The position numbers were made by a program, and so were the translations under genes. Below the pieces are notes generated by a model. It was given only the letters and a program-made list of their open reading frames with translations. It was not told the DNA's origin and made no database searches. Of a DNA stretch of 64,000 nucleotides, positions 40,446 through 50,070 are shown one piece after another. The DNA lies in contig CAXXTB010000002.1 in the NCBI GenBank assembly GCA_963676795.2, forward strand, positions 2,144,001 through 2,208,000, written 5' to 3'. Each line of letters begins with the position of its first letter. Positions within the stretch are counted from its first letter, which is position 1. This DNA comes from Geopsychrobacteraceae bacterium (GTDB taxonomy: Bacteria; Desulfobacterota; Desulfuromonadia; Desulfuromonadales; Geopsychrobacteraceae).

Positions 40446-42605
40446 ATGACTGGACCGATGAAAGAGAATCTCAGACTGATCGACAAAGAGATCCCCAAGG
40501 GGAAGGTACCGGGCGCACAAAACGGTATCGAGATAAAAAAGACCATCTGTGCGCTGTGCAACCCTTACAGCCACTGCGGCATCGATGCCTACGTCAAGGA
40601 CGGCACCATCATCAAGGTCGAAGGGACGGAAGAGAACCCGCACAGCGGAGGCACCCTCTGCTCCAAGGGCGCCGCCAGCAGGCAGTATATCTATAACGAA
40701 GAACGCCTGTTCGAACCGATGCTCAGGGTCGGCGAACGGGGTTCCGGCCAGTTTGAACCGATCTCCTGGGACAAGGCCCTCGACCTGATCGCTGAGAAAT
40801 TCACCCGGGTCAAAGAGGAATTCGGTCCTGAAAGCGTCGCCTTTTATGTCGGCTACCCGAAATGGATGCGCCCCTTTGTCAAACGACTGGCACACAGCTT
40901 CGGCTCACCGAACTACATGTCCGAGTCGAGCACCTGCTTTGCAGCGACGCTGATGGCGGCCAAACTGACCTACGGGGCATTTGGTCCGCCCGATATGGCC
41001 AACGCAGGCTGCCTGCTGGTCTGGAGCTCGAACCCGTTTTATTCGAACACCTCCATCGCCCGCAAGCTGCTCGACAATATCGACCGGGGGATGAAGGTTA
41101 TCGAGGTCAGCCCCTTCATCACTCCATTGACCAGGCACGCAACCATCCATCTGCGCTTGCGTCCCGGCACATCGGGAGCACTGGCCCTGGGGATGGCCAA
41201 TTATATCATTCGGAACAACCTGCATGACCGCGACTTTGTCGCCAACTGGTCGGTCGGCTTTGAGGAATTTGCTGCCTATACCCGTGAGTTCAGCCTGGAA
41301 AAGACCGCCGAGATCACCGGTATTCCTGCCGACAAGATCCGCGAAGCTGCTCAGCTTTACGCCACCACCAAACCGGCGGCGATGATGAACAGTGCCAGCC
41401 CGACAGTTCACCACACCAACGCCGCCCAGAATCACCGTGCCATCATCAGTCTGGTCGGACTGACCGGAAACTATGACGTCAAGGGAGGCAACCATGTGCT
41501 ACCGCCCGGCTATGTCGAGGTCAACAACGGCATCAAAATGCGCCAGGCCGAGTTTTCGCAAGTTCGGCCATGGAGCGACATGGCACCACGAATCGGCATA
41601 GATGCCCACCCGGTCTGGTGTAACGAAATCGGCCAGGCGCAGGCAATGCACCTGCCTGGCCAGATTCACAGCGGCACCCCCTACCCGGTCAAGACAGCAA
41701 TCGGTTTCGGCCTCAATTACCGCATGTGGCCCGGTTCCGACCATATGGCAGAAGCCCTGAAAAAACTCGACTTCTTCGTCAATGTCGACCTGTTCATGAC
41801 CGACACGGCGAAAATGGCCGATCTGGTTCTCCCCTGCTGCACCTCCTTTGAGCGCAGTGAGTTCAAGATCTACTCTGAGCGCTTCGGCATCTTCACCCAG
41901 CCGGTCATCAAACCATTGGGGAATTCGCGCTCAGACATCGACATCATCTTCGATCTGGCCAGGAGGATTGTCCCGCAAGATGAGCTGCTCTGCAGCGATT
42001 ACGAAACCTGTCTCGACTGGATGCTCGAGCCCCAGGGAATCAAGATCGCCGACATCAAGCACCAGATTGGCGGCTGCTTCCTCCCCGGAGTCGAGCCCCC
42101 CCCCTTCAAAAAATATGAAAAGAGCGGCTTCGCAACCCCGAGCGGCAAAATGGAGTTCGCCTCCAGCAAGGTGGCCGCCGCCGGTTACGACGCCTTACCG
42201 GTTTACACAGAACCGAAATACAGTCCGCGATCGACACCGGAACTGGCCGTAAAGTTCCCCTTGGTCCTCAACACCGGCTCACGCCTGCCGATGTTCGTTC
42301 ACTCACGAACCTTCCGCATGCGCTGGACCCGGAATCTGCGCCCCGACCCGCTGATCGACATGAACCCGGCCGATGCACGGACACGTGGCATCGCCGAGGG
42401 GGACAAAATCAGTCTTTCGACACCAAAGGGCTCACTTGGTTTGCTGGCGAGACTGACCGAAACCGTTCCCCAAGGGGTTGTCAGCGTCTACCACAACCTG
42501 CCGGGCGCCGATATCAACACATTGATCGAGCACGATTACCGGGATCCGATCTCCGGTTTCCCCGGTTTCAAATCGCTGCTCTGCCAGGTTGAAAAGATTG
42601 ACTGA
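40446..42605 (+). CDS. Mo/W-bisPGD oxidoreductase catalytic subunit A (cytoplasmic, probably Cys-ligated)
   Basis: FS0 motif CALCNPYSHC...LCSKG, ISWDKAL, GSPNYMSESSTCF, DLFMTDTAKMADLVLP, HS...MNPADA. No Tat signal. Confidence 0.92.
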   Translation: MTGPMKENLRLIDKEIPKGKVPGAQNGIEIKKTICALCNPYSHCGIDAYVKDGTIIKVEGTEENPHSGGTLCSKGAASRQYIYNEERLFEPMLRVGERGSGQFEPISWDKALDLIAEKFTRVKEEFGPESVAFYVGYPKWMRPFVKRLAHSFGSPNYMSESSTCFAATLMAAKLTYGAFGPPDMANAGCLLVWSSNPFYSNTSIARKLLDNIDRGMKVIEVSPFITPLTRHATIHLRLRPGTSGALALGMANYIIRNNLHDRDFVANWSVGFEEFAAYTREFSLEKTAEITGIPADKIREAAQLYATTKPAAMMNSASPTVHHTNAAQNHRAIISLVGLTGNYDVKGGNHVLPPGYVEVNNGIKMRQAEFSQVRPWSDMAPRIGIDAHPVWCNEIGQAQAMHLPGQIHSGTPYPVKTAIGFGLNYRMWPGSDHMAEALKKLDFFVNVDLFMTDTAKMADLVLPCCTSFERSEFKIYSERFGIFTQPVIKPLGNSRSDIDIIFDLARRIVPQDELLCSDYETCLDWMLEPQGIKIADIKHQIGGCFLPGVEPPPFKKYEKSGFATPSGKMEFASSKVAAAGYDALPVYTEPKYSPRSTPELAVKFPLVLNTGSRLPMFVHSRTFRMRWTRNLRPDPLIDMNPADARTRGIAEGDKISLSTPKGSLGLLARLTETVPQGVVSVYHNLPGADINTLIEHDYRDPISGFPGFKSLLCQVEKID

Positions 42606-42658
42606 TCGGCTTTTAAGGGACTTTTCCAGCTTTAGCACCAATGAGGAAAGAGAAAACC

Positions 42659-43156
42659 ATGAACCAGTATGTCTTCACCTTTGATGTTTCACGCTGCTCC
42701 GGCTGTATGGCCTGCACGGTCGCCTGCCAGGATCAGAATGACAGCATAGCCGGGAGCTCCGCCTATCGCCGCGTTACCGCTCTGGAAGAAGGAAATGGAA
42801 ACGACTGCCATATCAGCTTCATCTCGATATCCTGCCTGCACTGCGAGGATGCCCCCTGCCTGATGGCCTGCCCGACCTGCGCCATCAGTAAAGACCTGGC
42901 GGGCATGGTCAGCAGTAACCGCGACCTGTGCATCGGCTGCCACAGCTGCGAGCTGGCCTGCCCGTTCGGCGCGCCCAAGTTCGCCGCCGATGGCAAGATG
43001 GCCAAGTGCGACTTCTGCCATGACCGCGTCGAGGCAGGCTTGAAACCGGCCTGTGTCCGGGTCTGTCCGACCAGGGCCCTGGATTTCGGCACCCAGCAAG
43101 AGGTCACCGAGCGCAAGGCGAAGAACGCTGCGCTCAAGATCTTAAAAGCGCTTTGA
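42659..43156 (+). CDS. 4Fe-4S electron-transfer subunit (DmsB-like)
   Basis: CSGCMACTVAC, CLHCEDAPCLMACP, CIGCHSCELACP, KCDFC...PACVRVCP. Confidence 0.93.
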   Translation: MNQYVFTFDVSRCSGCMACTVACQDQNDSIAGSSAYRRVTALEEGNGNDCHISFISISCLHCEDAPCLMACPTCAISKDLAGMVSSNRDLCIGCHSCELACPFGAPKFAADGKMAKCDFCHDRVEAGLKPACVRVCPTRALDFGTQQEVTERKAKNAALKILKAL

Positions 43157-43175
43157 CCGCACAGGAGAAAGGCCA

Positions 43176-44378
43176 ATGTCTTCCGCTTATTACATACTCG
43201 GCAACGGTGGCGCGGCCAACTACGCCATCAAAGCCCTGCGCTCAGCCGGCTACGCCGGTGAACTGCACCAGATCTCGGATGACGCCGGTCCCGGTTTCAA
43301 CCCGATGGTTGCGCCCTATTACCTGGCCGGCAAGGCCGACTGGCAGACCTGCTTCCCCTTTGGCGAGAGCTTTCTCGCCGACCACCGGGTGATTGCTCAT
43401 CACGAGGACAAGGTGGTCGCCCTCGACGCCGGAAACGCCACCATCACCACCGCCAGCGGCAGACAATTCCACTACGACAAATGCCTCGTCGCGACCGGCG
43501 CCAGGCCGGTCATGCCACCGGTTCCGGGCTTAAAAGAGTCACGCTTTGCCTTCCCCTTGCGCGAAGCGCACACGACGACAACCCTGGAACAGGTCCACAA
43601 GAACGCGACCAGGGTGCTGGTTCTGGGTGCCTCTTTTGTCGGTATCGAATTGGCTGAAGTCTTCACAAAAAAAGGGATCTCCGTCGTCCTTGCCGATATC
43701 GCCCCGCAGATCATGCCCCAGGGGGCGCACCCCCTGGCCGCTCAGCGGGTGGAAAGCTGGCTGAAACAACATGGGGTGACAATCAGGCTGAAAACGACCT
43801 TAAGCCTGGTTGAAGATACGGCGGACGGCGTCATCTGCCATTTTCCCGACGGCACAGCGGAAAGTTTCGACTTTATCGCCGTCTGCGCCGGGATCAGACC
43901 GAACCTTGAATTTATCGATCCAGACCAGGTCAAAATCGACCGCGCGCTGTGCACCAACGATTTCATGCAGACCAGCGTGGCGAATATCTATGCCGCCGGC
44001 GATGTCTGTGAATCGTTCAACCGCCTCGCCACCCGCCAGCAGTGGATGGGAACCTGGGGCAATGCCTGCTATCAGGGAAGGATCGCCGGTCTCAACATGG
44101 CAAATGTCCGGACCAGGTCGGCAGGATCGATTCCCCAGCATGTCAGCCCGGTTTTCGCCTGGACCTACATGCAGGTTGGCGATGCGCTCAGGCAGGGGGA
44201 ACAGGTCCGCATCGAAGAGCATGGCGATCCGTTCAGCGGCCCCTACCACCTGGCGGTCTATGACCAGGATGTCCTTATCGGCGCCAACCTGATCAACAAT
44301 CCGGGCGACCTGGAATGGATCAAAAAAGAGATTACTCAAGAGGTGACCAGGATAAACGCGATACGCGATGCAGTTTAG
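43176..44378 (+). CDS. FAD-dependent pyridine nucleotide oxidoreductase (Pyr_redox_2)
   Basis: ILGNGGAA, LVATGARP, VLGASFVGIE, TSVANIYAAGD. Confidence 0.88.
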   Translation: MSSAYYILGNGGAANYAIKALRSAGYAGELHQISDDAGPGFNPMVAPYYLAGKADWQTCFPFGESFLADHRVIAHHEDKVVALDAGNATITTASGRQFHYDKCLVATGARPVMPPVPGLKESRFAFPLREAHTTTTLEQVHKNATRVLVLGASFVGIELAEVFTKKGISVVLADIAPQIMPQGAHPLAAQRVESWLKQHGVTIRLKTTLSLVEDTADGVICHFPDGTAESFDFIAVCAGIRPNLEFIDPDQVKIDRALCTNDFMQTSVANIYAAGDVCESFNRLATRQQWMGTWGNACYQGRIAGLNMANVRTRSAGSIPQHVSPVFAWTYMQVGDALRQGEQVRIEEHGDPFSGPYHLAVYDQDVLIGANLINNPGDLEWIKKEITQEVTRINAIRDAV

Positions 44379-44446
44379 TGAAGTAACGTCCCCGGTAGGA
44401 ATTGAGGCACTGAGCCAACAATCCTGCATTGACAAGGAGGCGCAAA

Positions 44447-46594
44447 ATGACTTTCACCACAGAGACGACATCAGCTGACAAAGCCACCGCAGCAACAGAA
44501 GAGGTTGGCTACAGTTTCTGCGATGCCTGCAACGGGGTGCCGATGTGCGGCATCCGCTATTACACCAGGGACGGCGTGATAACCCGCATCGAAGACTGGC
44601 CCGACTTTCCGACCTCGTCGCTCTATTCCAAGGCCTACGGCACATTGCAGAGACAATACCACCCCGACCGGCTGAAATACCCGATGAAGCGAACCACGCC
44701 GAAAGGCTCGTCCGACCCCGGCTACGTCAGAATCAGCTGGGATGAAGCCTACGCGATGATTGCGGATCAACTTGGGCGCATCAAATCAGAACATGGTCCT
44801 CATGCGGTTTTCTTTTATGTCGGAGATCCCAAGGAACCCCGGGCAGCGGTCCAGCGCCTGGCCAACCTCTACGGTTCGGTCAACTACGGCACCGAAAGCT
44901 CAACCGCCTGCCGCATGGGATCCCAGATCGCCGAAATGCTGACCTACGGTTTCCCGACCCTTGGCAACCCGCCGAGCGCGGAAACCCGCTCGCTGCTCAT
45001 CTGGGGGACCAACCCCTGCTATTCCTCGACCCAGAGCGACTGGAAAAGCCTCCTCGCGGCCAAGGAGCGTGGCGTCAAGTTCATCGTTGTCGATCCGCGG
45101 GTCACGCCGACCGCCTCGATCCTTGCCGATATCCACATTCAGCCGCGCCCCAATACCATGGCCGCCGTGGCCTCCGGGATGATGCACGTCATCTTCGAAG
45201 AAAATCTGCACGATCAGGAGTTCTGCCGGGACTGGATTCACGGCATCACCGAGCTCAAAGACTACGTCAAACAGTTCACCCCGCAGAAGGTCGCCGAGAT
45301 CGCCCGGATTCCGGCCCAGCAGATCATCGATGCCGCGCGGCTTTACGCAACCAACAGCCCCGGCGGGGTTAAACTCAGTTCGCAGGGAACGACCCACAAC
45401 ACCAACGCGGCGAACAATCACCGTTCGATCCTGATGCTGCCGGCGATCTGCGGCTATCTCGATGTCCCCGGCGGAGTCCTCAAGCCGAGCAACCCGTTGG
45501 AAGGGCTGGCCGGCCCCCACTGGGGCGGTAACCTGCCGCCGCGCTTTACCCTGCAGGAAAAGACCGTCGCCAACCGCGAGCACCGGCTCGACAAAGAGAG
45601 AACACCGGCCTGGGCGGAAATCATGGTTCCGGTCCAGACCAGCTACCTGCCGGAATGGATCGCAGAAGGCAAGGTCAAGGCATTTCTCGGCTGGGGGTTC
45701 AACATGATGATCTGGCCGCAAACCAGGGTCTACCAGCAGGCCTTTGACAAGCTCGACTTTGCCATGGCGGTCGACTACTTCTACCGCCCCTGGACCCATG
45801 ATCATCTCGACCTGGTCCTTCCGGCCGCGACAAATTTCGAGCGCCTCGCGCCGTTCAGCATTCAGGGACGCACCTTCTTCGGCCGCACAGCCATTCAACC
45901 GCTCGGCGAAGCGCGTGAAGACTGGAAAATCGCCCTCGATATCGGCTGTCAACTGGGCTACCGTGAAGAATGCTTCAATGGCGATGTCGTCGCTGCCAGC
46001 GACGAGATTCTGGGGATGTGGGACTGCTCCTGTGCGGCGTTGAAAGAAAATCAACAGCAGGGCGTCAGTATTGCGCCGCGCAACGAGAACAGCTTCAGAA
46101 AATACGCAAGCGGACTGATGCGTCCCGACAAGCAACCCGGCTTCCCCACCCCTAGCGGCAAGGTTGAAGCGCTTTCAACCGTGCTGCAGAAATACGGCAA
46201 CACCGCCCTGCCGGAATACCGGGAGGGGCTTCCTGTTTCAGAGGATTTTCCGCTCATCCTGGTCTCCGGCTCGCGCCTGCCTTTCATCACCCACAGTAAA
46301 TGGCGAGAGGACAGCCCCTGGCTGCATGAGCTGCAGAAGGAACCGCTGTTGATGATCCACCCTGAGGATGCGGCCAGCAGACAGATAAAGAGCGGCGATG
46401 AGATCGTCATGACCTCGCCATGGGGTGAAATCAGGCTCAAAGCCAAACCGACCATCATGATGGTCAAAGGCTCGGTGGGAATGATGCATGGCTGGCCAAA
46501 AGCCAATGTCAATGAACTGGTCCCCCGCCAGTTCGATCCGATCAGCGGCTACGCGCCCTACAAGGAGGTTCCCTGCCAGGTCAACAGAGCCTGA
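44447..46594 (+). CDS. Mo/W-bisPGD oxidoreductase catalytic subunit B (paralog of A)
   Basis: CDACNGVPMC...LYSKA, ISWDEA, GSVNYGTESSTAC, DLVLPAAT, HS...IHPEDA; AAGGAGG RBS before ATG 44447. No Tat signal. Confidence 0.9.
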   Translation: MTFTTETTSADKATAATEEVGYSFCDACNGVPMCGIRYYTRDGVITRIEDWPDFPTSSLYSKAYGTLQRQYHPDRLKYPMKRTTPKGSSDPGYVRISWDEAYAMIADQLGRIKSEHGPHAVFFYVGDPKEPRAAVQRLANLYGSVNYGTESSTACRMGSQIAEMLTYGFPTLGNPPSAETRSLLIWGTNPCYSSTQSDWKSLLAAKERGVKFIVVDPRVTPTASILADIHIQPRPNTMAAVASGMMHVIFEENLHDQEFCRDWIHGITELKDYVKQFTPQKVAEIARIPAQQIIDAARLYATNSPGGVKLSSQGTTHNTNAANNHRSILMLPAICGYLDVPGGVLKPSNPLEGLAGPHWGGNLPPRFTLQEKTVANREHRLDKERTPAWAEIMVPVQTSYLPEWIAEGKVKAFLGWGFNMMIWPQTRVYQQAFDKLDFAMAVDYFYRPWTHDHLDLVLPAATNFERLAPFSIQGRTFFGRTAIQPLGEAREDWKIALDIGCQLGYREECFNGDVVAASDEILGMWDCSCAALKENQQQGVSIAPRNENSFRKYASGLMRPDKQPGFPTPSGKVEALSTVLQKYGNTALPEYREGLPVSEDFPLILVSGSRLPFITHSKWREDSPWLHELQKEPLLMIHPEDAASRQIKSGDEIVMTSPWGEIRLKAKPTIMMVKGSVGMMHGWPKANVNELVPRQFDPISGYAPYKEVPCQVNRA

Positions 46595-46606
46595 GGACAA
46601 ATGACA

Positions 46607-46719
46607 GGGCGATCGCCCCGGCTTCACCATCCCCCTTTCCGGGGACGCGTGAACCCATCCGTAGGGCTTGACTGCCGCCACCCGGGCGGCAGACAGCCTT
46701 CCAAGGAGAATGGTGAGCC
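46607..46719. repeat. Structured intercistronic palindromic element (REP/MITE-like)
   Basis: GGGCGATCGCCC palindrome, outer stem GGCTTCACCAT/ATGGTGAGCC, inner stem CTGCCGCC/GGCGGCAG. Confidence 0.45.
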
Positions 46720-46749
46720 TGACCAAGAGCAAGTAAAGGAGACGGAAGT

Positions 46750-47385
46750 ATGGCCAGATACGGAATCGTCGTTGATGTCAATAAATGTACCGGCTGCATG
46801 ACCTGCGTTCTCGCCTGCAAAGAGGAACACCTGACCGGACCGGAAGTCTCCTGGACCAGGGTTTACCAGCTGGAAAACGAGCAGGAGAACAGCATCCGCT
46901 ACAGTCCGGTCATGTGCATGCACTGCGACGCAGCGCCCTGCATAGAAGCCTGTAAAAACCAAGCCATTTCGCTCAGGGCCGATGGTATCGTCGTCATCGA
47001 CCAGAACAAGTGCACGGAGATCGGCGCATGTTTTAGCGCCTGCCCCTACGGTGCGATTGCCAAGAACCCTGACAAATCCTATTTTCCGACGCCACAGCCG
47101 TTTGAGAAGAACGCGGAAGCATACCGTAAGCAACTTCCCGGCAAGGCCTCCAAGTGCACTCTGTGCAGCGAGAGGATCGACCAGGGGGGGATTCCGCACT
47201 GCGTTGAAGTCTGCCAGTCCGGGGCGCTGATCTTTGGCGACCTCGATGATCCTGACAGCGCTGTCAGTCAGCAACAGAGCCAGGCCAAAGAAGCGCTTAA
47301 GGACAAACAGCTGAAACCTAAAATTTATTATCTTGCCGCAGATGGTGACATAGCAAACATCGACAATCAGTTTCCGACCTCTTAG
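46750..47385 (+). CDS. 4Fe-4S electron-transfer subunit (DmsB/NrfC-like)
   Basis: CTGCMTCVLAC, CMHCDAAPCIEAC, KCTLC...PHCVEVC, FGDLDDP. The third motif reads CTEIGACFSACP, i.e. it lacks one Cys. Confidence 0.9.
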   Translation: MARYGIVVDVNKCTGCMTCVLACKEEHLTGPEVSWTRVYQLENEQENSIRYSPVMCMHCDAAPCIEACKNQAISLRADGIVVIDQNKCTEIGACFSACPYGAIAKNPDKSYFPTPQPFEKNAEAYRKQLPGKASKCTLCSERIDQGGIPHCVEVCQSGALIFGDLDDPDSAVSQQQSQAKEALKDKQLKPKIYYLAADGDIANIDNQFPTS

Positions 47386-47394
47386 CTGACAAAC

Positions 47395-47432
47395 AGGCCC
47401 GTCCGGAAAGCTCCCAGGTTCCGGACGAGCCT
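47395..47432 (+). terminator. Hairpin ending the Mo-enzyme operon
   Basis: AGGC(C)CGTCCGGAA...TTCCGGACG(A)GCCT; weak U-tract. Confidence 0.5.
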
Positions 47433-47577
47433 ATGATCGGCTCTTTCAGTTTACATTTCTTAAACTTTCTTTACCGCCTGATAAAATCACATCGATTATA
47501 CTGACAAGTAAATATCAGGCACCGTCACAGGAAAAAAGCATGATGCGGTGCAATAGATCCGAATCACGGAGTATCCC

Positions 47578-48264
47578 ATGAAAACAATGAACCGGTTATT
47601 GGCAACCTCTCTTCTCTGTGCAGTGATCGCCACTGTTCCTGCCGTATCATTCAGTGCCGGACAGAACGGCAAGGGGCAGCAAGGTGGCGGTCTGGCCAAC
47701 ATCTCGGCCCTGCCGCTTCAGGAGCTGAGCTCTGGGGAAAAAGCAGGGCTGCTGCAGATGCGCGAAGAAGAAAAACTGGCCCGCGATGTCTACCTGGCCC
47801 TTTATGAAAAGTGGCAACTGCCAATTTTCACCAATATCGCCAGAAGTGAGCAACAACATATGGATGCCGTTGCCGCACTGCTGAAACGCTACGCAATCCC
47901 GGATCCGATCTCAGGCGAACAGACGCCCCTCGGGATCTTTGCTGACAAACATCTTCAGCAGCTCTACGACGACCTGGTCGAAAATGGAAGCAGATCCCTG
48001 CTAGCAGCACTGGATGTGGGCGCAACTATCGAGGATCTCGACATCAAGGATCTCCATGAGCTGCTCGAACAGACCGACAACCAGGACATCACCCTCGTCT
48101 ATCAGAATCTGGCCAAGGGCTCACGGAACCATTTGCGTTCCTTCACCGGGCAGCTGGCTCAGCAGAACGCATCCTACACGGCTAAATACCTGAGCCAGGA
48201 ACAGGTCGATCAGATCATCTCCAGTCCGCAGGAACGCGGGCCAGCTTCCGCTGGTGGGAACTAG
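47578..48264 (+). CDS. DUF2202 ferritin-like exported protein
   Basis: Signal peptide, MREEEKLARDVY, SEQQHM, IEDLDIKDL, GSRNHLRSF. Confidence 0.88.
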   Translation: MKTMNRLLATSLLCAVIATVPAVSFSAGQNGKGQQGGGLANISALPLQELSSGEKAGLLQMREEEKLARDVYLALYEKWQLPIFTNIARSEQQHMDAVAALLKRYAIPDPISGEQTPLGIFADKHLQQLYDDLVENGSRSLLAALDVGATIEDLDIKDLHELLEQTDNQDITLVYQNLAKGSRNHLRSFTGQLAQQNASYTAKYLSQEQVDQIISSPQERGPASAGGN

Positions 48265-48576
48265 CTTAGCGTCTGCATCAGTGTAGACGAAACAGCCCCC
48301 GGTCAAACCGGGGGCATCACAGGCCGACCATTCAAAACTATTCGAATGAAAATCTGCAGTTCCGAACTCGGCTGGCAAGGCAAGAACCTTTCACCTTGGA
48401 AGATATTCCTTCCTTCTGTTGTTCCAGCATGAGCATGTCTCTGTCATTGCATATAGTCTGATGTCAGCCATGACTTCAATCTTGACCAGACACAAGTTGA
48501 GTGTTGGGGGAACCTCAAAGCTGTTGATCTGAGCAAGCTGTTATAATGGAAGATAAACAGATTGGAGGACGGATCG

Positions 48577-50070
48577 ATGGCGACTGATTCAGCATTGATG
48601 ACCGATCTTTATGAACTCACCATGATGGCGGGCTATGTCGCGCACAATATGCATGAGCAGCCAGCCTGTTTCGATCTCTTCTTTCGAAAAAATCCATTTC
48701 ATGGCGGATATGCTGTTTTTGCAGGGCTGGAAACAGCGCTGAGCTACCTTGAGCAACTCCATTTTACTGCGGATGATATCTCTTATTTGGCCAGCCTTGA
48801 CCTCTTTAATGATAGATTTCTCGAATATTTACGTGAGTTTCGATTCCACTGCACGGTTCTTGCCCCCGCAGAAGGAACGGTGGTCTTTGCCAATGAACCC
48901 CTACTCAGCGTGCACGGCAATCTGGCCGAAGCGCAACTGATTGAATCAGCACTCCTCAATCATCTGAATTTTCAGACCCTGATCGCGACCAAGGCTGCAA
49001 GAGTGAACAATGCTGCAGGAGATGCTGCCGTTGTTGAATTTGGCATGCGTCGGGCCCATGGCCCGGACGGCTGTCTCAGCGTTGCCCGGGCCGCCTATAT
49101 CGGCGGAGTGCGGAGCACGAGTAACACCTTAGCCGGTCAGGTTTTCAGTATCCCGGTCAAAGGAACCCATGCACACAGCTGGGTTATGGCCTTTCCGAAT
49201 GAGTTGGACGCATTCAGGGCCTATGTCCAGATTTTTCCCGACAGTGCCATCCTGCTGATCGATACCTACGATACTCTCACGAGCGGGCTCCCGAATGCCC
49301 TCCGTGTTGCTCAGGAACTACGGAACGAAGGACATGAATTGCGCGGTGTCCGGCTTGATTCCGGTGACCCTGTCGAACTCAGCCGTAAAGTTCGCGCAGC
49401 CTTTGACCGTGCCGGTTTTCCCCTGGTCAGGATTGTCGTATCGAGCGAACTTGATGAATTTGCCATTCAGGATATTCGTAACAAAGGAGGACAGGTCGAT
49501 ATCTACGGAGTGGGAACCAAACTGGCAACGGGCGGTGGTCCCGGTGGCGGCGCGCTTGGCGGAGTTTATAAATTGTCCAGCTATGCGGGACAACCTTGTA
49601 TGAAAACAACCTCAGATCCGCTCAAAGCGACATTGCCGGGAGAAAAAGCTCTCTATCGGCTTCTTGATTCCGCTGACAATTCACTCCTTGACATCATTTG
49701 CCTGAAGGATGATCCGCCCCAAACGGGAGACCGGATATTTCCCCTGACACCTGAATCGCAGCCATTGACGGTGCCCAAAGGAGAAATAACAGATCTCAGG
49801 CATACAGTCATGAAGAACGGCCGTATCATCAGCCGCCTGCCATCCCTTCAGCAAAGTGCCGATCACTGTGCCGCTCAGCTGAGGAGTATTCCCGAAGCAT
49901 GTCTCCGTTTGCAGAATCCGGCAATCTATCCGGTTGGCATCAGTGCATCTCTGCAACAGTTACGTCAGGAAACTACCCATAGGTACTCATGTACCCTTCA
50001 TGGCAGAAACCGAGATCTAATTGACTCGCTCGAAAATTTTTCGGGCAATCTGTTGAAAGACAAGGCCTGA
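48577..50070 (+). CDS. pncB: Nicotinate phosphoribosyltransferase
   Basis: TDLYELTM, EFGMRRAHG, GTHAHSW, LIDTYD, VRLDSGD, GGVYKL. Confidence 0.93.
   Translation: MATDSALMTDLYELTMMAGYVAHNMHEQPACFDLFFRKNPFHGGYAVFAGLETALSYLEQLHFTADDISYLASLDLFNDRFLEYLREFRFHCTVLAPAEGTVVFANEPLLSVHGNLAEAQLIESALLNHLNFQTLIATKAARVNNAAGDAAVVEFGMRRAHGPDGCLSVARAAYIGGVRSTSNTLAGQVFSIPVKGTHAHSWVMAFPNELDAFRAYVQIFPDSAILLIDTYDTLTSGLPNALRVAQELRNEGHELRGVRLDSGDPVELSRKVRAAFDRAGFPLVRIVVSSELDEFAIQDIRNKGGQVDIYGVGTKLATGGGPGGGALGGVYKLSSYAGQPCMKTTSDPLKATLPGEKALYRLLDSADNSLLDIICLKDDPPQTGDRIFPLTPESQPLTVPKGEITDLRHTVMKNGRIISRLPSLQQSADHCAAQLRSIPEACLRLQNPAIYPVGISASLQQLRQETTHRYSCTLHGRNRDLIDSLENFSGNLLKDKA

Noticed and set aside
21804..46135. Long antisense ORFs (e.g. 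21804-22874, 32644-33921, 34043-35062, 38006-39202, 44900-46135)
   Set aside because: Each lies opposite a well-supported gene and has no motifs; expected from GC-rich codon bias.
40446..46594. Selenocysteine recoding in the Mo enzymes
   Set aside because: No in-frame TGA; the predicted ligand positions are Cys codons.
35400..47450. Mobile-element status of the Mo/TRAP cluster
   Set aside because: No integrase, transposase, tRNA target or flanking direct repeats were seen.
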